Shown here in pieces: positions 62,354 to 64,000 of a stretch of DNA of 64,000 nucleotides. A model generated the notes under the pieces. That model saw nothing but the letters and a program-made list of their open reading frames with translations. It was not told the DNA's origin and made no database searches. The stretch lies in assembly GCA_902571865.1 (NCBI GenBank), contig CACGDO010000005.1:1486-65485 (forward strand), in the 5' to 3' direction. The number at the start of each line of letters is the position of its first letter. The first letter of the stretch is position 1. The position numbers were made by a program, and so were the translations under genes. The stretch comes from an uncultured Alphaproteobacteria bacterium (lineage in GTDB: Bacteria > Pseudomonadota > Alphaproteobacteria > HIMB59 > GCA-002718135).

Positions 62354-63457
62354 ATGTCTAAATTTTTAAAAACCTTCTTATTTGCGTCATTAGTGTTCGC
62401 TCCTTTTACAGCTAGCGCTGTAACAGTAGCTTCATGGGGTGGTGCTTATACAGAAAGTCAACAAAAAGCTTATGCTGACACATATTCTGATCCTAGCTCA
62501 ATTGTTTTTGAAAACTACAACGGAGGTTTAGGTGAAGTAAGAGCTCAAGTAGAAAGTGGAAGTGTTACTTGGGATTTAGTAGACGTTTTACCATCTGATG
62601 CAATCACGGGTTGTGATGAGGGTCTTTTCGAAGATATTTCATCTGAAATTGCAGCTAATGCTGTTCCTGGACCAGACGGTGAATCAATGGCAGAAGATAT
62701 GGAAAACAATGGACTTGAGTATCACTCAGGTTGGGATTGTTGTGTTCCACAAATTTTCTGGACATACGTTGTATTCTATGACCCAGATGCTTTCCCTGGT
62801 GAAAAACCAAATAGTATGGCTGACTTCTTTGATACAGAAAAGTTCCCTGGTAAAAGAGGTATTCATACTTGGGCAACAGGTATTATAGAAAAAGCTATGG
62901 TAGCAGATGGTGTAAAACCAAATGCAGTTCCAACAGTTTTAGCTAACCAAACAGGTGCTATTGATAGAGCATTTGAAGTTATGGACAGAATTAAAGATGA
63001 TGTAGTATTCTGGTCAGCTGGTTCTCAACCTCTTGAGTTAGTAAAAAGTGGAGAAGTTATAATGTCAGTTGCATATAACGGCCGTGTTGGTGCAGCTAAC
63101 CTAGCTGAAGGAGAAAACTTTGAATATATTTGGGAAGGTCAAGTTCTAGACCAAGAGTATCTTTGTCTAACTGCTGGTGCTCCTAACAGAGAAGCAGCAC
63201 TTGATTTCATGTGGCATGCTTCAACTCCTGAAGCACAAGCTGAACAAGCTAAATATATTACATATGGACCAATGAGAGCATCTGGTATTCCAATCATTAA
63301 AGCAGGTGAGCCTTTTGGACCAGGTGGCGTTGAAATTATGCCTCATATGCCTAATACTCCAGATCGTTTAGCAGTTTCAATCGTAAGTGATCCACAATGG
63401 TGGTCAGATTACGGTGCAGAAATTAATGAGCGTTATGCTGCGTGGATGGCTAACTAA
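62354..63457 (+). CDS. ABC transporter substrate-binding protein, PotD/PotF superfamily (SWGG subgroup)
   Basis: Signal peptide ending ASA, SWGGAY, FFDTEKFPGKR, AYNGR; strong GGAGG SD. Confidence 0.88.
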   Translation: MSKFLKTFLFASLVFAPFTASAVTVASWGGAYTESQQKAYADTYSDPSSIVFENYNGGLGEVRAQVESGSVTWDLVDVLPSDAITGCDEGLFEDISSEIAANAVPGPDGESMAEDMENNGLEYHSGWDCCVPQIFWTYVVFYDPDAFPGEKPNSMADFFDTEKFPGKRGIHTWATGIIEKAMVADGVKPNAVPTVLANQTGAIDRAFEVMDRIKDDVVFWSAGSQPLELVKSGEVIMSVAYNGRVGAANLAEGENFEYIWEGQVLDQEYLCLTAGAPNREAALDFMWHASTPEAQAEQAKYITYGPMRASGIPIIKAGEPFGPGGVEIMPHMPNTPDRLAVSIVSDPQWWSDYGAEINERYAAWMAN

Positions 63458-63488
63458 GCTTGATAAATTAAACTTTGTAATTTAATCT

Positions 63489-63514
63489 AAAGGCGAGAAT
63501 TATCTCGCCTTTTT
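63489..63514 (+). terminator. Intrinsic terminator/stabilising hairpin after the SBP gene
   Basis: AAAGGCGAGA-atta-TCTCGCCTTT followed by TT(A)TTT. Confidence 0.8.
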
Positions 63515-63528
63515 ATTTGGAGGTTACC

Positions 63529-64000
63529 ATTTCTACGGCTGAATTATTAACTACAGACGGCATTCCACTCAAACAAAGCCTTCGAAAAGCTGAAAGAAGA
63601 AATAAACTTCGTGCCTTTCTACTAGTATTTCCTTTACTTCTTTTTATTATTGTAACATTTGTAATGCCTATTGGTGACATGCTTCTAAGAAGCGTTGATG
63701 ATAGTCAAATTAATTCAGTATTTTCTAATACTTTTGATGAATATAAAAACTGGGATAAAGAAGCTGATGAACTGCCGCCTGAAGAAGTTTACAAAAGTCT
63801 TTTTTTTGAATTAGCAAATGGAGATAAGAGGCAGATAGGTAAAGCCTTAACAAGAATGAATTATGCTAAATCTGGTTGGAAAAGTTTAATAAAAAAAACT
63901 ACAAGAGAAATAAAAAAAATTGTTAAAAAGGGTGAAGAACCAGTTTCGTATAAAGATACATTTATTAAAATAAATAAGCTCTGGGCAGATCCAACTTACT
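63529..64000 (+). CDS. ABC transporter permease, PotB-like, 3'-truncated; start at ATT 63529 (or TTG 63517)
   Basis: Open frame to the window end: TTDGIPLKQSLRKAERRNKLRAFLLVFPLLLFIIVTFVMPIGDML (TM1) followed by a periplasmic loop; missing from the ORF track because no stop is in the window. Confidence 0.8.
   Translation, partial: MSTAELLTTDGIPLKQSLRKAERRNKLRAFLLVFPLLLFIIVTFVMPIGDMLLRSVDDSQINSVFSNTFDEYKNWDKEADELPPEEVYKSLFFELANGDKRQIGKALTRMNYAKSGWKSLIKKTTREIKKIVKKGEEPVSYKDTFIKINKLWADPTY

Overview
Very AT-rich (roughly 30% GC by eye), tightly packed chromosome segment of a streamlined marine-type alphaproteobacterium. It looks SAR11/HIMB59-like in style, but a 25-aa RpoB insert argues against core Pelagibacter; this taxonomy is inference. 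(1) 1-4.5 kb: NAD-linked formate dehydrogenase (NuoEF-like beta subunit cut by the window edge, Cys-type alpha subunit), a tiny lipoprotein and tRNA-Thr. (2) 5.4-34.3 kb: one uninterrupted translation/transcription supercluster (tRNA-Tyr, tRNA-Gly, tuf, tRNA-Trp, secE-nusG, rplKAJL with an L10 leader, rpoBC, rpsL-rpsG-fusA joined directly to S10/spc/alpha operons). It lacks the str-operon tuf copy and rpmD. (3) 34.3-41.5 kb: housekeeping genes (fluC, rluC-like, lipB, tRNA-Leu, mgtE, gshAB, bioY, ROK kinase). (4) 41.5-64 kb: a catabolic region with no regulator gene in view. It holds gabD-like ssd divergent from a 12-gene run (amidinotransferase, eutABC, orphan PLP enzyme, M20 hydrolase, metal-free M24 hydrolase, Ser/Cys proline-racemase-family enzyme, soxBDAG), then a DUF3726-like gene, a 554-aa unknown and a degenerate M19 dipeptidase, an EamA transporter, and a PotA/PotD-type ABC transporter whose permease may start at ATT. 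The best candidate for an undescribed system is this amidinotransferase-led, ectoine-pathway-like operon, which I infer degrades an unknown guanidino/amidine or N-methylated solute. No CRISPR, integrase, transposase or rRNA was seen. All family assignments are by motif recognition without database searches.
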